A stretch of DNA of 64,000 nucleotides from Dicyema japonicum (taxonomy: Eukaryota; Animalia; Dicyemida), in the NCBI GenBank assembly GCA_011109175.1, contig RDEW01000004.1, forward strand, positions 954,030-1,018,029. Reading direction: 5' to 3'. The position numbers and the translations under genes are program-made. Each line of letters opens with the position of its first letter. Position 1 is the first letter of the stretch. Below are positions 41,332 through 54,599 of this stretch, piece by piece. The notes below the pieces were generated by a model that was not told the DNA's origin, did no database searches, and was given only the letters and a program-made list of their open reading frames with translations.

Positions 41332-42437
41332 ATGAGTAAATACATTGGTTTTGCATTCAAAATTGAATTTAGACATTGGCATTAATCTCACCGACCCCAT
41401 GTTTAGAGGAATCTACAATGGTAAACAAAAACACAAGAGTATTCGAAAATAGAATATAATTAGACGATATTAGTGACGTGATTACTCGCTCAAAGCAAGC
41501 AGGACTCACTCATATGATTATTACTGGGGTGGATTTAAATTCAAGTAAAGAAGCCTTACTAATGGCAGAACAACATGGTAACCTCATAGACTCAACTTCA
41601 AAGGACTTTACTGCACAATTGGCTGTCATCCGACTAATTGTGGCAAATTGTCGGGGGATGATATACTCAAACTGAAAGAACTTGTGCTGAAAAACAGGGA
41701 TAAGGTTGTGGCTGTGGGGAATTTGGACTTGGTTTGCAATCGCTCACAATTTAAGATTATCTGAGAACTAGTTTTTGTTCTATCGAGGATCAGCTAATGT
41801 TCGATTCTTCTTATCCCTTAGTGGCTTTGAAAAACAACTCACTGCCTTCGCCGACCTCAACTTGCCTCTCTTCCTACATTCCAGGGATAGTCATGAAGAC
41901 TTGATTAACACATTGAAGAAGCACATGGGCATTTTATCGAATGGAGGAGTGGTCTGGTGTTTATGCCTACTCTTTAGGTGCACTCGTTTGATGGAAACTG
42001 TGACCAGGCGCAGGAAATACTAAATTTGGGGTTGTATATTGGGATAAACGGCTGGTATTTGATTTTCATCAACTTTCAGTTCCTTGAAAACTGTAGAAAA
42101 CCTCAGAACGATTGAATGGTTGCCTGTTGATAGAATTATGGTGGAGACAGGTTTGAAGTGGTACCATTTTAAGATTCTCCGTGGTGCTCCGTGAAACGTA
42201 GTTGGGAAGCAGATAAGTATATAAAAACGAGATGGAAAACAGTTAAAAACCATAAATGGACAGAAGGATGCTTAATTCAAGGACGGAATGAGCCGTCGTG
42301 CATAGTGTAGTTTGTATTTTATGATTTAAAGGCAAGTCGTGGAAATTATAGCTGCTCTTAAGGGAATGGACGTCAATGAATTGGCTGAAGTGATTTATAG
42401 TAATACTCATTCCCTGTTCTTTGGGGGAAATGATTAG
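41332..42437 (+). CDS. TATDN1: TatD DNase domain protein 1
   Basis: [28 protein letters not shown](E)[42 protein letters not shown]; nine introns of 23-26 nt; one base missing at 41716-41719. Confidence 0.94.
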
Positions 42438-42559
42438 ACTATTAAATTGTTAAAATTTACTTTCAAATAAAGTGAGGGGCTTTTAAAATTGAGTAGCATT
42501 AAACTGAATACTTGTAATAAGGAAAAAGTGGGAGCTGTCCATACTTTTACAATATTTGT

Positions 42560-44600
42560 TTTATCGAAATATAGCATCTATTCGTGAGTCCACTATAGTA
42601 TCCAAGGAAAACGAGAACAGTCGATTTTTAGTACATATCTTCACACTCGTATCTCTGGCAGGCCTTTTGAAGAAGTCCCGGTGGCGTTCCAAAGGTATTT
42701 CATGATTGAGAGTACGTTTAGTTTTCCTTGTAGTAACGATATGGACGTCTTTTCCGACTATCTTAATAATATTCTGAGACATCGGTTTTGTAACACTTCC
42801 AGCTTTTTCTGTGTCAATAGTGATAGGGAGCAATCCATACTGCACAGCCATCGAAGAATTGAATTTTCTGTGGTTGGGAGGTCATTGAAGAACATATTGA
42901 ATAGCATTGGTGAGAATGGTGACCTTGTGGAACTTCATTTGGAAGGTATCACGGTTTTGATTTTTGGTTATTTGCCACCACTTCAACCGCCAATCATGAC
43001 TTGAATTTATGGTGGATCGACCTTATTAAAATTTTTGCTTTAAGGATCTTCAGGGATGCTAAGTCAAAGGCCTTCTCTACATCCACTGAGACCAGCACGG
43101 TTCTCTTATGTGGATTTGGTGGTATTCAGCCAGTCCGAGATGAATTGGGACAGTTTTATTTAAATGAGTTTTTGTTGAGTGTCCTTCGCGGAATTCGTGT
43201 TGAAAAGATGATAGAGCTACGAAATGACGGATCTTGAGAAGGGACAATTTTCCAATATTAATGACAACGCAAAAATGATGGATACCTGGTGGTAGGAAGA
43301 CGGGATAGAGTACATCAGTGATTTCTTCCATATTGACGGAATCTTGTTCTCGTTTATTGAGACGTTGAAAATTTGTGTCGCGGAAGGACCCAAGTGTTTC
43401 AGTTCGAGAACGGAAAATTTATCTGAACCGCGGGACGACGAGTTATTAATTTACCTGATTACAGTGCACCATTGACGGATCTAAGAAAGTCATGTTTAGA
43501 CATTTATACCTTCCATCATGGACTGAACGAACATCCAGGTCTTTTGAATATGGTTTATGACTAATATTCACATACTACACATTTGGGCATGGCTCTCCAT
43601 GTCCAATTGAATGTGGAGAGTACTTCTTGAGACTCCTTATCGACTTCCATAATACAGTGGAGGAAGTATTGTGTAGCTTTTCTGAGCAAGCTTCACAACG
43701 TTCTTTGTTGTGTTTTGTGATGTTCCGCGTGATTTCTTTATTCAGTTTTGATATCCTATCAGTTACGTCCACTGATTGTCTTTCGAAATTCTTCAGCTTA
43801 TTTCTCGTTTTCATTGGATCTCGCGTTTCTTAATCAATTGGATGTGCTAGACGTTTGAAATGAATCTTTTGCGATCAAGAAGTATAATCTCGACAGCAGC
43901 GTATATAGAGCTGAAATCCTCTAAAATATATAGTCCATACTACACGTGAGAAGTTAAGATTGACTCTCGGAGTGTTTATTAACTTATGGGATCCTCATGA
44001 AAATTGGGTTATGGTCAGTATATAACATCCCATGAAATAAAAGCCGCAAGAGAAGGAGCAGAAAGAGATATGTCGGATGAACTAGGAGAGTCACCCTGAC
44101 AGGAAGAGGTCCTTGTGTGTTCGCTTGGATTGTTAAGAATAATCAGTCGTCAAACTGTCGATATGAGAGCTCCCCGTTGATCAAGTTGATGGTCAGGAAT
44201 ATATTTGTTCCAGTGTGTCGTTCTGGGGGAAGAGTCCTGGATGTTATCCGAAATATTGCTGGCCAGTATATGGTTCCAGATTAGTGTAGTAAAGCCTTCA
44301 CCCCTTCCATGACTTCTGTCTCGCCTGAAAACTGAGGATCCAGGAAAGTTGGGGGTTGGCTGCCGTTGGTTAGTTTGTCTCTTTGAAAAGAGCTACATCT
44401 AATGAATGTTTGACGAGAAAGTGTTGTAGTTCTGTAATTTTCGTCTAGATACCATTAATGTTAACTTGCATTATGATCAGATCTGGTTCAGGATTTTCCT
44501 AGACGTCTCCGCGTGAAAGGAACAGGATGCCGACACCATCCGCGCCTCCAGATTGAAAGATAAGGAAATTTCGACTCTTTCAACACTTCAGGTGAACAAC
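42560..44600 (-). mobile_element. Ingi/Vingi-like LINE with decayed canonical 2A motif, degenerate
   Basis: RGDV*ENPEP, then IMQVNING, SPSSSDISL, TDHNP, QHEFREGHST, VDVEKAFD. Confidence 0.78.
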
Positions 44601-44729
44601 ATTCCATGTTTTTCAATAAACTGATTATGTTGGTGGAGATCATTTTATTTATTTTTTGCGTTTTTAATACAGTTAATTGATATAAAAACTAAATTTTAAA
44701 TATTTGAATAAATTGATAAGTATCATCAG

Positions 44730-47700
44730 ATGGGTGCTTCACTTGAAGATTCATACGTCCGTATTTTTAAGTTTAATTAGTCAATTACAGCTTACTTAGT
44801 CTCGAGGAAGAACTGGGAGCCAAGTCATTGTCCTTACATTGCAAGGAAGAGACGATCCAAGCTCTCAAAGCAAAGATTTCTGAAATCTACGTAGAATTTC
44901 ACAATTCCAAGGATGAGCTAACAAAGCAGACAGACATTCACAAATTATATTCAGAAAAATGTCGACAAAACATTGAGAATCTACTCGTTCAAATGAGAGA
45001 TATTTCGGGGATTAACAGTGCACTGGTCACGGATAATAAAGATTTGAAGTCACGTGTGTCTGTTTTGACCAATCAAATTGAGAATCTCAAGTCGTCAAAC
45101 ACGACAGTATGACAGATTTGATTACGTGGTAGACTTTAAAGGGCGTAATGGACGAAAATGAAAGTCTGAAAACTCAGATTGAAGATTTGACTAACAAAAA
45201 TGATATGAAATCCGCGGAAATTAACAAACTGGAGATCAAAATAATTGAATTTGCTAGAGAAATAGAGTTTTCAGAGGAAAAGGCTGAAAATGCCGTTAAA
45301 CAGTTCAGTAAACTCGAAGAAAGTCATTTGGTTGAGTTGAAGGAGATAACGTTTGAAAATAACATTATGTCGGAGAAGTACTCAAAAATGGAGGAGAAAT
45401 TATCAGAAATGGGAAATTTAACATCCCAGCTTGAAAGCACTAAAAATAACAATTTAGTGTTGGATAGAACCGTGAAACTGCTAAAAGAGGAGAATTTAGA
45501 GTTAACAGCCAAAATAGCGAACCTGGCCGTGTTCGCGGACGAAAGACCTTCTTTGGTTAATCAGATGCTTGTCGTTCAAAAGGCATATGAGCTGGCCACT
45601 AAAACGATTGGCAAGCAGACTGAAGAAATTGAACGTCTGAAGGCAGATTTTGAAAAAATTTCTAATATAAAACAGGAATATGAAGTATTGAACAGAAAGT
45701 TAATGGAAGATCAATCACATTTGCCCACAAATGAGGACTTTCTTAGAATTAAGTCTGAAAATGATCATCTCAGAGGCGTACTGATGGAAGCTGATAAAAA
45801 TTTTTCAAGTCAACTTAAAGTTGCTGAAACTGAAAGGAATAGCTTATTACTACAAAATGAGGACTTAAAGGAGGCCAATAAGTTGTCACTGAGTGATATC
45901 TCCATTTTGAAGGGCGAAAGGGAAGAACTCTGGCGAACTTCTTGCTTCCTCAATTCTAACCAAGAACAGCTGTTACTTCAGTTGAATCAGCTGATGTCGG
46001 ATAAAGATGTCTCTGAGGCCAAAATTAACGCCCTCCATAACGAGATGCGAACCCTGAGAGGAGATCTGAGTGAGCTGGAGAGCTGTAGGCAAAAGCTCAG
46101 TAAGGTATTATGTGAAAAGGAGGAACTCGAAAAGAGCTTGAATGTGATAAGGGGAAGAATTTAGAGTTTGAATGCGAAATCTTTGAGAATAAGAAAACAA
46201 TTGAGAATTTATGTGAGGAAAGAGAAAGTCATCGAATAATGGATTTAACTGGTAAAGTTTCTCAGGATGATGGAATAGTCAGAGGGCTCAGGAGTGAAAA
46301 TGAAGGATTAGTTAGTTACATCCATCAATTGAATGACTCTTACAATTCCCTGTGTGGTCATTCGAAGAACCTTCAATTGAGCTTAGTGGACATTACTGAA
46401 GAACGCGATCAACTAAGAAATACACGTGACCAACTGAATCATTTAATTCAGTCTCTTGAGGATCAGAGATCTTTACTGTCGGCAAAATTAACTCAGACGC
46501 AAGAAAATTACGAAGACTGTCTAAGAAATGAGGAATAAACTAAAACAAGAGGTGGATATATTGAAACTGAACTACGAGCAGTTGAGATGTGACCAACAGG
46601 ACAGCAGTTCTCTCAAAGAACGGTTATTTGTTATCGAGAATGAGAATAAATCGAATGAAAAGGCTGTAAATATTCTGCAATCTGAGAAAGAGCAGCAACT
46701 CAGACTCCTTAATTTGTTGGAACATAGAAATTTGTCACTACAGGAGGAAATAAATCAAATTAGAGCGGGATTTTTGGAATATTTGAAAGATGCTGGTTTG
46801 GCCGAACATGAGGAGACTTTGTTATACCAAACAGAATTTTAATGGGAGACAGAAAAGTCCCCAATGAAAGCCATAGTAATGCTTGAGGATGGGAGAAAAA
46901 CTGGATGATAGAACTCTAAGTCTCTTGAGGACTTAATAGGATAAATTAGTGAGATCAGTTAATTTGCTCGAACATCATTAATTCATTATTGAATGCAAAC
47001 TGGAATCAACTGAACGAGGAATATATTGCTTCATTAAAGGAATTGGAGGGTATCAAGGAAGAGAGAGACTTACTAAGAATTACATCTGAGGAGTCTAGAA
47101 AAGACAAGAATATTCTTACTGATAGAATTTTGAAGTTGGAAACTGAAATTGAGTCGAATTACAATAATTTAGCAAATTTAAGAGCCGAAATTGATAATTT
47201 GATTGAATCCAGAGATTTCTTAGCCATCAGGAACACCTCATTGTCGACAAATTTAACCAATATTAAAGAAAATTATGAGGATTACCTGAAAGATCTGGAT
47301 GTTGAGAGGAGAGAAAGGGATATATTTAATTACGATCACCTAAAATGTCTTGAAAGGGACAAAATTGCCCTCAGCCAGCGTATATTCGAGTTGGAAAGAA
47401 GAAAATGTGTCACGTGGCAAACCGTGACTGCTTTATTGGCTGAGAAAGAACAGCTGCTGCAAACATTGAATTCATTTGAATGGAAGAATTCTGTACTGGA
47501 AGCCAACATAAAGGAGTGGTTCCCTGATTTTAGGTTTGATTCGGGAAAATTGGAAGATGACACAATTTTGGATGTCAAAACAGAATCTTCCGAGATAGAT
47601 AGTTTAAATGGGAAAAAATTGAGGGAGATTGAATCGAGTAATGTGGAGACACTACATCATAATTTGTGTTTGGAAGGCACTAAAGATGAGTACCAAGAGT

Positions 47701-48300
47701 GGGATAATAGATTAAATTTGGAGGAATGGAATGAGAATTCAGTCTCTCGTATTCAAGTTAATGAGGAACCCTTTAATGATCTAAGGAATCAAATTTATGG
47801 CTTGGAACAATCTAACTACGAATTGGCACTGAAACCTCAGGAGATTAATATGCTCAGAGAATGTAATGTTGAACTTGAGGACATTATTTTTAATCTACAA
47901 AATTCTGAATGTGCTGTCGAGGGATCTAACTGTGATGAACTTGAGTCCACTAAAATGTTCTTAAAGTCTTCTCTTGGTGAACAGTCTTATACTACTGAGC
48001 CACAAATATCGACAACATATTCCTCTTAGAAAGTGACCTTCAGAGATCTGATTTGGGTATGTCAAACATCTCTGAAGGCTATCCTCCTGGTGAAGAAAAA
48101 AGTAAGGAATTTGACTGCAAATTGTATGATTTGTTGTTTTATTTAGAATAATCGACGAAATATTTAGTAATTCATTTAGCGATTCGTGGTCTGTTGCCAA
48201 TAAGCACACTCAGAATTATGAGGACATTTACACTCATGTATATATATAATAATAGAAAATACCACCATCATCAAGGAAATTAAACAAGTGCTATGTAATT
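44730..48300 (+). CDS. Long orphan coiled-coil protein with internal duplication; several frame disruptions
   Basis: E/K/L/N-rich heptad ORFs from 44828 to 48029 with tiny introns (44761-44780 and near 45108-45132). Indels or stops near 46160, 46535 and 46840-46960. 3' end approximate. Confidence 0.65.
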
Positions 48301-48662
48301 TTTATTTTAATAAAGTTTGTCTATTTTCCTCCTCTAAGATTTAGTCAACCAGGTAGTGGTTACCACATTTAACTGTTGTTTCGATTACCACATTATTACT
48401 TGGTCAAAGGATTTTCATCTCCACTTGGTCGTCTTCAATTAGTAGAAATATCATTGGATCCAATTAACTCAGGGACTCCAATATCTGGCATTCAAAAATC
48501 CTTCTCTTCCCTATTTCAGTTGATAGGTTCTCAGCTACCTGGAAAGGTTACGTCCCACTCCTATTAGATAACTGATAAAACCTCTTTCAGTTGGAATAAT
48601 GGTTAATTACCTGGTGATGAAACCCTGGAACTCTATGACTAGAACGATTCGGTGTAAATATT

Positions 48663-49690
48663 ATGTCGCGAGCCACAGACGTTACCTTTGACAGCTAAAA
48701 TTAATGTCAATCATTGTCAAAAAAATAATCAATTATTTAAACATTAACTAATTATTGATAAATATCATTTTAGGGCGTTTAGAATGCACCTTCTTCACAA
48801 ATCCCTTACTATCTTTAATTGTTGGACAAATTTGCCACAATTCAGCAATATTATCTACACTTTCCAGGTTGTCTTCTGTCTCCGTAGAAGTATTTTCAAC
48901 AATGTCGTTGCACCCCGGAATCCCTCGATATCTCTGAAACGGACTAACACCTACAAAAAAATGAAAGCACAAATTTACCTGTGGATGAGTGAAACGTTTG
49001 ATTGTATAAAAACACAGCCTTTCGAATGTGCCTTATCCACTATTTCTTGTCATCCGAAACCATCATTTTCAATAAACTCCGTGTGATTGTCTGTTGAATC
49101 TTTCAACAATCCCTTGACTCTGGGGATTGTTAAGTCTTCATCATTTTGATTCTCAAATCTACAATAATAACTAATAAACTTTAAACCTTTCAATTTGAAA
49201 TCTCTCATTAGGCAAATCAGCAACAATATGACTTAAATCGTCATATTGTTTGAGAGGCACTGTAAACTTGCAAACATTTCAGTCTTTTACAACTTGACGA
49301 ATAACAGTTCTTTTGATAGCGCAAAATCTCAGAGCCCACAGTGATATGTCTGGTGAATCTCCTGAGAAATAGTCCTCATTTCTTCTTTACTAGTTAAGGG
49401 AATCACAAGTTTGTGAAGTACGTTAACAGCTTTCAAATATAGCTTTTCATCAATAACAATAAAATTTTTAGCTTTCTTTTTTATTCGGTACCTCATTTGT
49501 TTCGCAATATTCATATCTTCATCATTAAGGATGAATTTTAGAAGTTTGTACTCTTCATTATCTTTGACAACAGTTCTGGTACTAGGCATCATGTCAAAGT
49601 GAAGAAATTTTCTAGCGTGGATTATTATTTTATGTTCAATAAATTAGATTAAATTTTTTATAAAATAATATTAATAATAATTATTAATGT
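48663..49690 (-). mobile_element. Ginger/GIN-like integrase-type DNA transposon relic
   Basis: Integrase Zn-binding EIHQTYHCG...VVKD(C)NVC, PQSQG..ERFNR remnant, C-terminal CICF...C..C; one end begins TGT at about 48664; no gag, RT or LTR seen. Confidence 0.6.
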
Positions 49691-49709
49691 TATCGTAGAA
49701 TTAATCTTC

Positions 49710-50700
49710 AGTGGAGGTCTCGATGGCTTGCAGCACATCAAGGATCTCACAGATGGGGCTACTGCGAAGCTGGCTGCAACCTTGTCAAATCAATTACAAA
49801 ACTGGTTATGCGTATTTTGAATTGAGATATGCAAGGGAGCTTCTTGCAGCGCACATCTACTGGCATTCAAAAAACCCGAAGGTGGGGTCCGCCTCATCGA
49901 ACTATTTCAGAAGACTCACAGGTAAAATCGCATACAGTATGCCCGATAATATCTGAAAAATTTCCCCCTCCAACAAGGGGTCGATGTAAGGAACGGATGC
50001 GAGGCGGCGGTGAATGCCACGAGGTGCTTTTTCTGGACAGAAAGACGAACAAAACCCACACATGGGGGTTAAGTTGGACATCTGCAATACCTCCAATTCA
50101 CTGCCGTGATCAAATTTTCGAAACTGCAAGCAAACCAGCCCCGGAACTTATTCTTACCTCTTTTAGGGAACCAACTCCACTTATTTTCTGTGACAAGATT
50201 ATCTGTTCGGAGACTAGAGTCTAATAAGGGACCCACTGGTCCACTTCTCTTTGCTCTGGCCATTGTTCGATCTATCAACCTCTGGTATCTTAATAATTGA
50301 AGGGCCGTGGAGAAATGTTCTTGACGTTCTGTCACGTCGTGCCGACGAAACCTCGGATTTGAGATAAAGAAATAGGAACTAATGAATATCACATACTCGG
50401 AGAGTGATTTTATCAACGAGTCTTTCAACTCGGTACTACCTCGTACCTAGAAAGTGGACATACTTTCTTGGGTGTCAACTTTACGAAAAGGAACTGAAAA
50501 GCCATCTATTTACAAAAAAATGAACTTTTCTAGAGTTAGGGAAAGACTCTCCTTACTCAATGCTCATTGTTGATGTATTCGTCGAACATTATGCCGTTAT
50601 GGAAAGATCGTCGATGTCAAAGGGCTACATTTCCTTTCGTGCAAAAGGAGTGCGGGCAGAGAACCACGTCACGCTGCTATGAACAATATTGTTATGCACA
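49710..50700 (+). mobile_element. CRE-like retrotransposon RT relic
   Basis: KKPEGGVR, FRRLTGKIA, GCEAAV, VKLD, GPLLFALAI, NLWYLNN (from WYLDD), GLHFLSCKRSAGREPRH. Confidence 0.82.
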
Positions 50701-50851
50701 CCCGAATGCTAAGAAAAAGTTTGAACGAAGGACAAGGATGCTTCGGAGAGCTAATAGGATGATTAACTTGTACGGAAGATTAATTTTAGCCAAAATGAAG
50801 ATCTTCCAAAATTGCTGACTTTTAGGACTGGGTCAAATTTTATTAAAAAGT

Positions 50852-52790
50852 TTATTCATGCGGGAGAATCCTGATCAGTTCGGAAGGACACCCCGATCTA
50901 GTTCCTTCATCACTATTCCTCCGAGATACTACCAGAAACGATGGAATTGCTGGCGAATCATTCTATAAGAATTCGAAAAATGTTAGAGGCTGGGATCACC
51001 TAGTTGGCTTTAACACCACCTTTTTCGATGGTCTTTGGGTTATAAATATATTAACTAAAATGTTATTTATTTTATCTAAATTTAAAAATTTGAAATACTT
51101 GATGTCCTTAAAAATCGGTAACCGGGCGACTTTGAGAACTGATTTTTTGTTTATGGACTATAAATGTTTGATGGATTAATACTCGCATTTTCTCTGATAA
51201 TTCTTGGCTGTTGAGCTGACTCACGTCTTCGTCATCAATGCTAGTGATCCAGTCTCCAATTCTTAACTTACCATGTGAATATTTTGGATCCTATTTGTTT
51301 GATATAAAAATACAATAAAAGTCAGATACGTTCCTGGACTATTTTCTCGGTTTTCTATGGTAATTCCGTTTTTCCAGTTTTTATTGAGTGTAATTGAATT
51401 TACTTGATATTTTCCATCAAAGGACGAGTCTGACTTTTTTCCTCGAAGAATAAGAAATTTGTATTCTTCCCTATATTGTTTGAGTAAGTCCACTATCTCC
51501 GTGTTTGTGAGAAATGCCAGGTTTATTCCACTATAGTAAGGATAATTAATAGAAGTATCTTTAGAATTTGGTCCCCAACGTTTAGTCTCCCGTCATCAAA
51601 GGCTGCTCCCTTAAAACAAATATCTATAATAATTATTCCACCCTAAAGTTATTGCAAGAAATTTACAATATTTTCATCAATCCCCCCAATGATTTTTAAC
51701 CCCACTTTCTTATTATTAGATGGGAAGCTAATGAGCGAGTTTGTGCCTTCGACGATCTTCACAGTTTTACTATTCTTTTCTTCGGGGGAATTTACTTCAA
51801 AGCAAACTCCATTCTTCTTTTTGGGCAGTAAAACATCAACCCCCCGTGGAAGATTCTTCAGTTTTCTAAACATTAACGCAAGAAATACCGCAATCCTACG
51901 ACATACCATGATTTAGCCTTGATGGCTTTAATATTCCCAGCAGCCACGACGTGATTTTGGTTTTCCATCGTTATTTCATTAACCTTGACCAATAATGACG
52001 AAACTACTTGGAGAAGTTCGTCATCAACAGCGAATGTTTCCAAGAGGGGACTGTTATTCAATATTTTGTTGACAAAGACGCCATGTTTTGATTTGTCCTT
52101 ATTTTTCCCACTCAACTTTATTCCAAGTCCACATTCCGAGTAATCGACCTTTTTATAAATAATCTCTCCGTCTAAATGACTGTACTTGCTCATCATTTCA
52201 TCTTTTGAGTGAATCACTCCAATTTACCTTCCGTCGTTTCAAAATGTCCATTTATTTGAATACCTTCTTCCATTTGCTAAAATTATATTTTTAGTACGTC
52301 ATCAATGTAAGCGTATTTCTGAATTACAAGAGTGAGACTATTTTCGGCATTTTTTATAATATTTTCGGCTTCTTTACAATTCAGTTGATCAGCCGGAATA
52401 CCCTCAATCTAATTTGATCATCATAATTCTACCTTCAATATTCTGTCCCCTTCCTAAGTCCATAATCGATGGCAGCACTACTGTTGGATAGAACTCTGTA
52501 TATGTAGATCCCTTCGCAATTAGGAACATTGGCCGTGTTAGAGTAAACTAGTCCACGTGATTAATATTGAAACCCAATATGCTTAACCCAAATGATCCGT
52601 AATTTGACTTTATGAGAGTAATCCGAGTCGGAGTCTTCCATTTTACATGAGAACTTGTAAATTAGTAATCAGAAACCTTAAGAATGTATTTGGTAATTTG
52701 TCCTTCATAATTGTCACAGAAATTCTCATCCTAAAACCACTAATTGGTATATTTTACGATTATAACAATTTATAATAATTTAATGCATGG
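50852..52790 (-). CDS. MPDZ: MPDZ/PATJ-like multi-PDZ scaffold (about 4 PDZ domains)
   Basis: GSFGLSI...GDRILK; KYSHLDGEI...GLGIKLSG...DELLQVN; VGLKIIGG...GAAFDDGRLNVGDQIL; a fourth PDZ with GDWITSID. The order resembles the MPDZ C-terminal half. Start uncertain; two single-base deficits. Confidence 0.75.
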
Positions 52791-53799
52791 TTGCATAATT
52801 TTCGTTAATAACTTTAATCAACCATTTGACGAAACAACACCACAAAAATTAGAGTTATTCGCAGACGTCTGGAGTACTTAGTCACATCACTATGGAGTTG
52901 GTTTAAACAGACTTGCTGAAACACTAACTCAAAGTGACCTCAATGGCTTTTCAAAATATTGACCTTATTATCATTATAATACTCTTTTCTGGAAGCTCGG
53001 AACCACGAACATATTCATGACACAGAACAACTGATCAGGTTTCCTTGGCCTGTGAAGACAACTGAGGAACAATTTGGAAGCAAAATTACTAATATGGAGG
53101 AATGCCGATCGATCATGTTGAAGGATATCCTGAGTTCAGATATTTCCGACAACTCTAGATTATCTTAATACCCTTGTGGAGGTCTTGTGGGTTAAATAAT
53201 ATGTTTATCGCCAAAAATAAAATTATATTTTATCAAAAAAAGCTACATAGGAATTTAGGAAAACTCGATAATACTTAATTTAAGGGTTTCGGTTTGTTAT
53301 TTTCCACAATTATGAAAAATGTAAAAATTATTATAAACAACATGCGTAAAATCTATTTTTGGTGAGGTGGTGACGTGTCTCGTTTCTTCTCTGTTAAGAA
53401 AAATCTCTAAAAAGCGAAAAATACAAGAGAATATGCTTTTCCTAAGTTTCTTGCGTTTAATGCTAGAGGAAACCTCAGTTAAGAAATACTCTCTGTGATG
53501 ACCTAGAAAGATATAACGTTTCTATTGGCTGTATACAAGAAACGAAAATAAGTACTATCTCTATGAAAACCATGAAAATATCGACTAATATGCCTATCCA
53601 TTGATTCACCATTCACAGAAAACTATCATCTGACATCAGTCACATTTGGTTGGTGAATGACAGGATCTGCGTAATTCAGATCCGTGACTATGGCGAGAAA
53701 ACAACTTTATATCTCCATACATAATAGGTAATTCGTCGTATACGTTGGTTCCCCATTTCCCGGACTTCCCATCGTTATTTTCGGAAATTTTCAGTAGTT

Positions 53800-54553
53800 C
53801 TTGGGAGGCCTTCTGCCTGTCTGTCGTGTACATTTCCAAATTAAACAATGGTCTTCTTCTCCTTCCACGTTGCAAGGGTCTGATCCATGTTGTCTCAAAA
53901 TAGGTCAGAAAATCTCCCAACATGTCATCAGTCTAGTCATCTATAGTTTCAAGGACTTGAGGTACAGGAACAAATGCCAGTGCTTGAATACTTTTAATTA
54001 AGATTGCATTTGCTGGGTCATTATACCATACCTGCAGTCCTGGATTTTGTATTTTACGCCATAAACACTGCCCACAGTGAAAGTAGCAGCCATACACATT
54101 TGCATTTGGAAAAATTTAAGTTTATCAGTTAGAACATTACCGTCTTGTACGTGCAAGGGTTTCTTTTTTGGGTAGCGCACAAGCAGCATTAATAGGGTAT
54201 GTGCTTAAACAATTTTGGATAACTGTGGATGTAGTTTCTTCAGAATCTTTCGCTCTCTTCTTTATCGTATTGACAGTTTTCAGCGCATGTAAACGTCCTG
54301 CATTTGGTGGATGTTCGTGTGGTGTCATAGTTCATTAAGTTCTTCGTTACAGTTCTTACTCTGCCTTTGCATTTTTCTTTCAGCTCATCTCCAATATATG
54401 ACATTGTCTCTCTGTCTAATGTACGCATAGCCATCATGCAAAAGTTTTCTCTTTCCACGAGTGGTTTGTGTAAATTCCATTTTTTACCGTTATTAAAATA
54501 CATAGTGTATTTCTTGATCATTTATGCTTAATTGAATTGTCGGCCAAATGTCC
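53800..54553 (-). mobile_element. Mutator (MULE, FLYWCH-type) transposon relic
   Basis: KCKGRV, HEHPP, GCYFHCGQCLWRKIQ, YFETTWI...RRPLF; terminal-like GGACATTTGGCCGA at 54540-54553. Confidence 0.75.
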
Positions 54554-54599
54554 TAGTACTGTTTGGCAATATGGTTTGCTTTATCTTCTAGGGTTTTGT

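Noticed and set aside
376-41755. Rule that all 3n introns contain stop codons
   Set aside because: True for six frame-breaking cases, but that is ascertainment bias; at least five stop-free 3n candidates exist.
50325-50360. Hammerhead-like GTC..GAC-GAAAC
   Set aside because: No CTGANGA; it lies within CRE coding sequence.
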